A model generated the notes under the pieces. It was not told the origin of the DNA and did no database searches. It saw only the letters and a program-made list of their open reading frames with translations. A DNA stretch of 24,697 bases from a virus. Its lineage: Duplodnaviria; Caudoviricetes. Shown one piece after another: positions 24,689 to 24,697 of the stretch. Position numbers and translations under genes: made by a program. The stretch lies in the IMG/VR virus record IMGVR_UViG_3300008009_000534, positions 1-24,697 of that record, one strand, 5' to 3'. Each line of letters starts with the position of its first letter. The first letter of the stretch is position 1.

Positions 24689-24697
24689 GTATTAGGA

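Overview
The window is most of a B3/BcepMu-type transposable (Mu-like) prophage, probably in a gammaproteobacterial host (inferred from composition and gene style). Late genes run leftward on the minus strand: holin, SLT endolysin, Rz with embedded Rz1, gp25/gp26-like genes, terminase small and large subunits, portal, gpF-like head protein, a moron and the start of a protease/capsid gene. Early genes run rightward on the plus strand: Ner/Cro, regulators, a DUF3102-like gene, DDE transposase A, transposase B ATPase, DUF3164, HU, GemA and Mor. A probable prophage end (...CTAACA) lies at about 24654. Between lysis genes and repressor is a roughly 5-kb accessory region. It holds (i) an XRE-HTH / ImmA-IrrE peptidase / antisense RNA / 46-aa Cys-rich peptide cassette, (ii) three unknown minus-strand genes, two of them membrane proteins, and (iii) next to the repressor, a three-gene operon. 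That operon encodes a disordered protein with a repeated PLGSGNGNDPP peptide and an FlgM-like segment, a 5-TM protein and a small membrane-anchored protein, and is a candidate peptide-signalling system. All family names come from motif recognition by eye, not from database searches.
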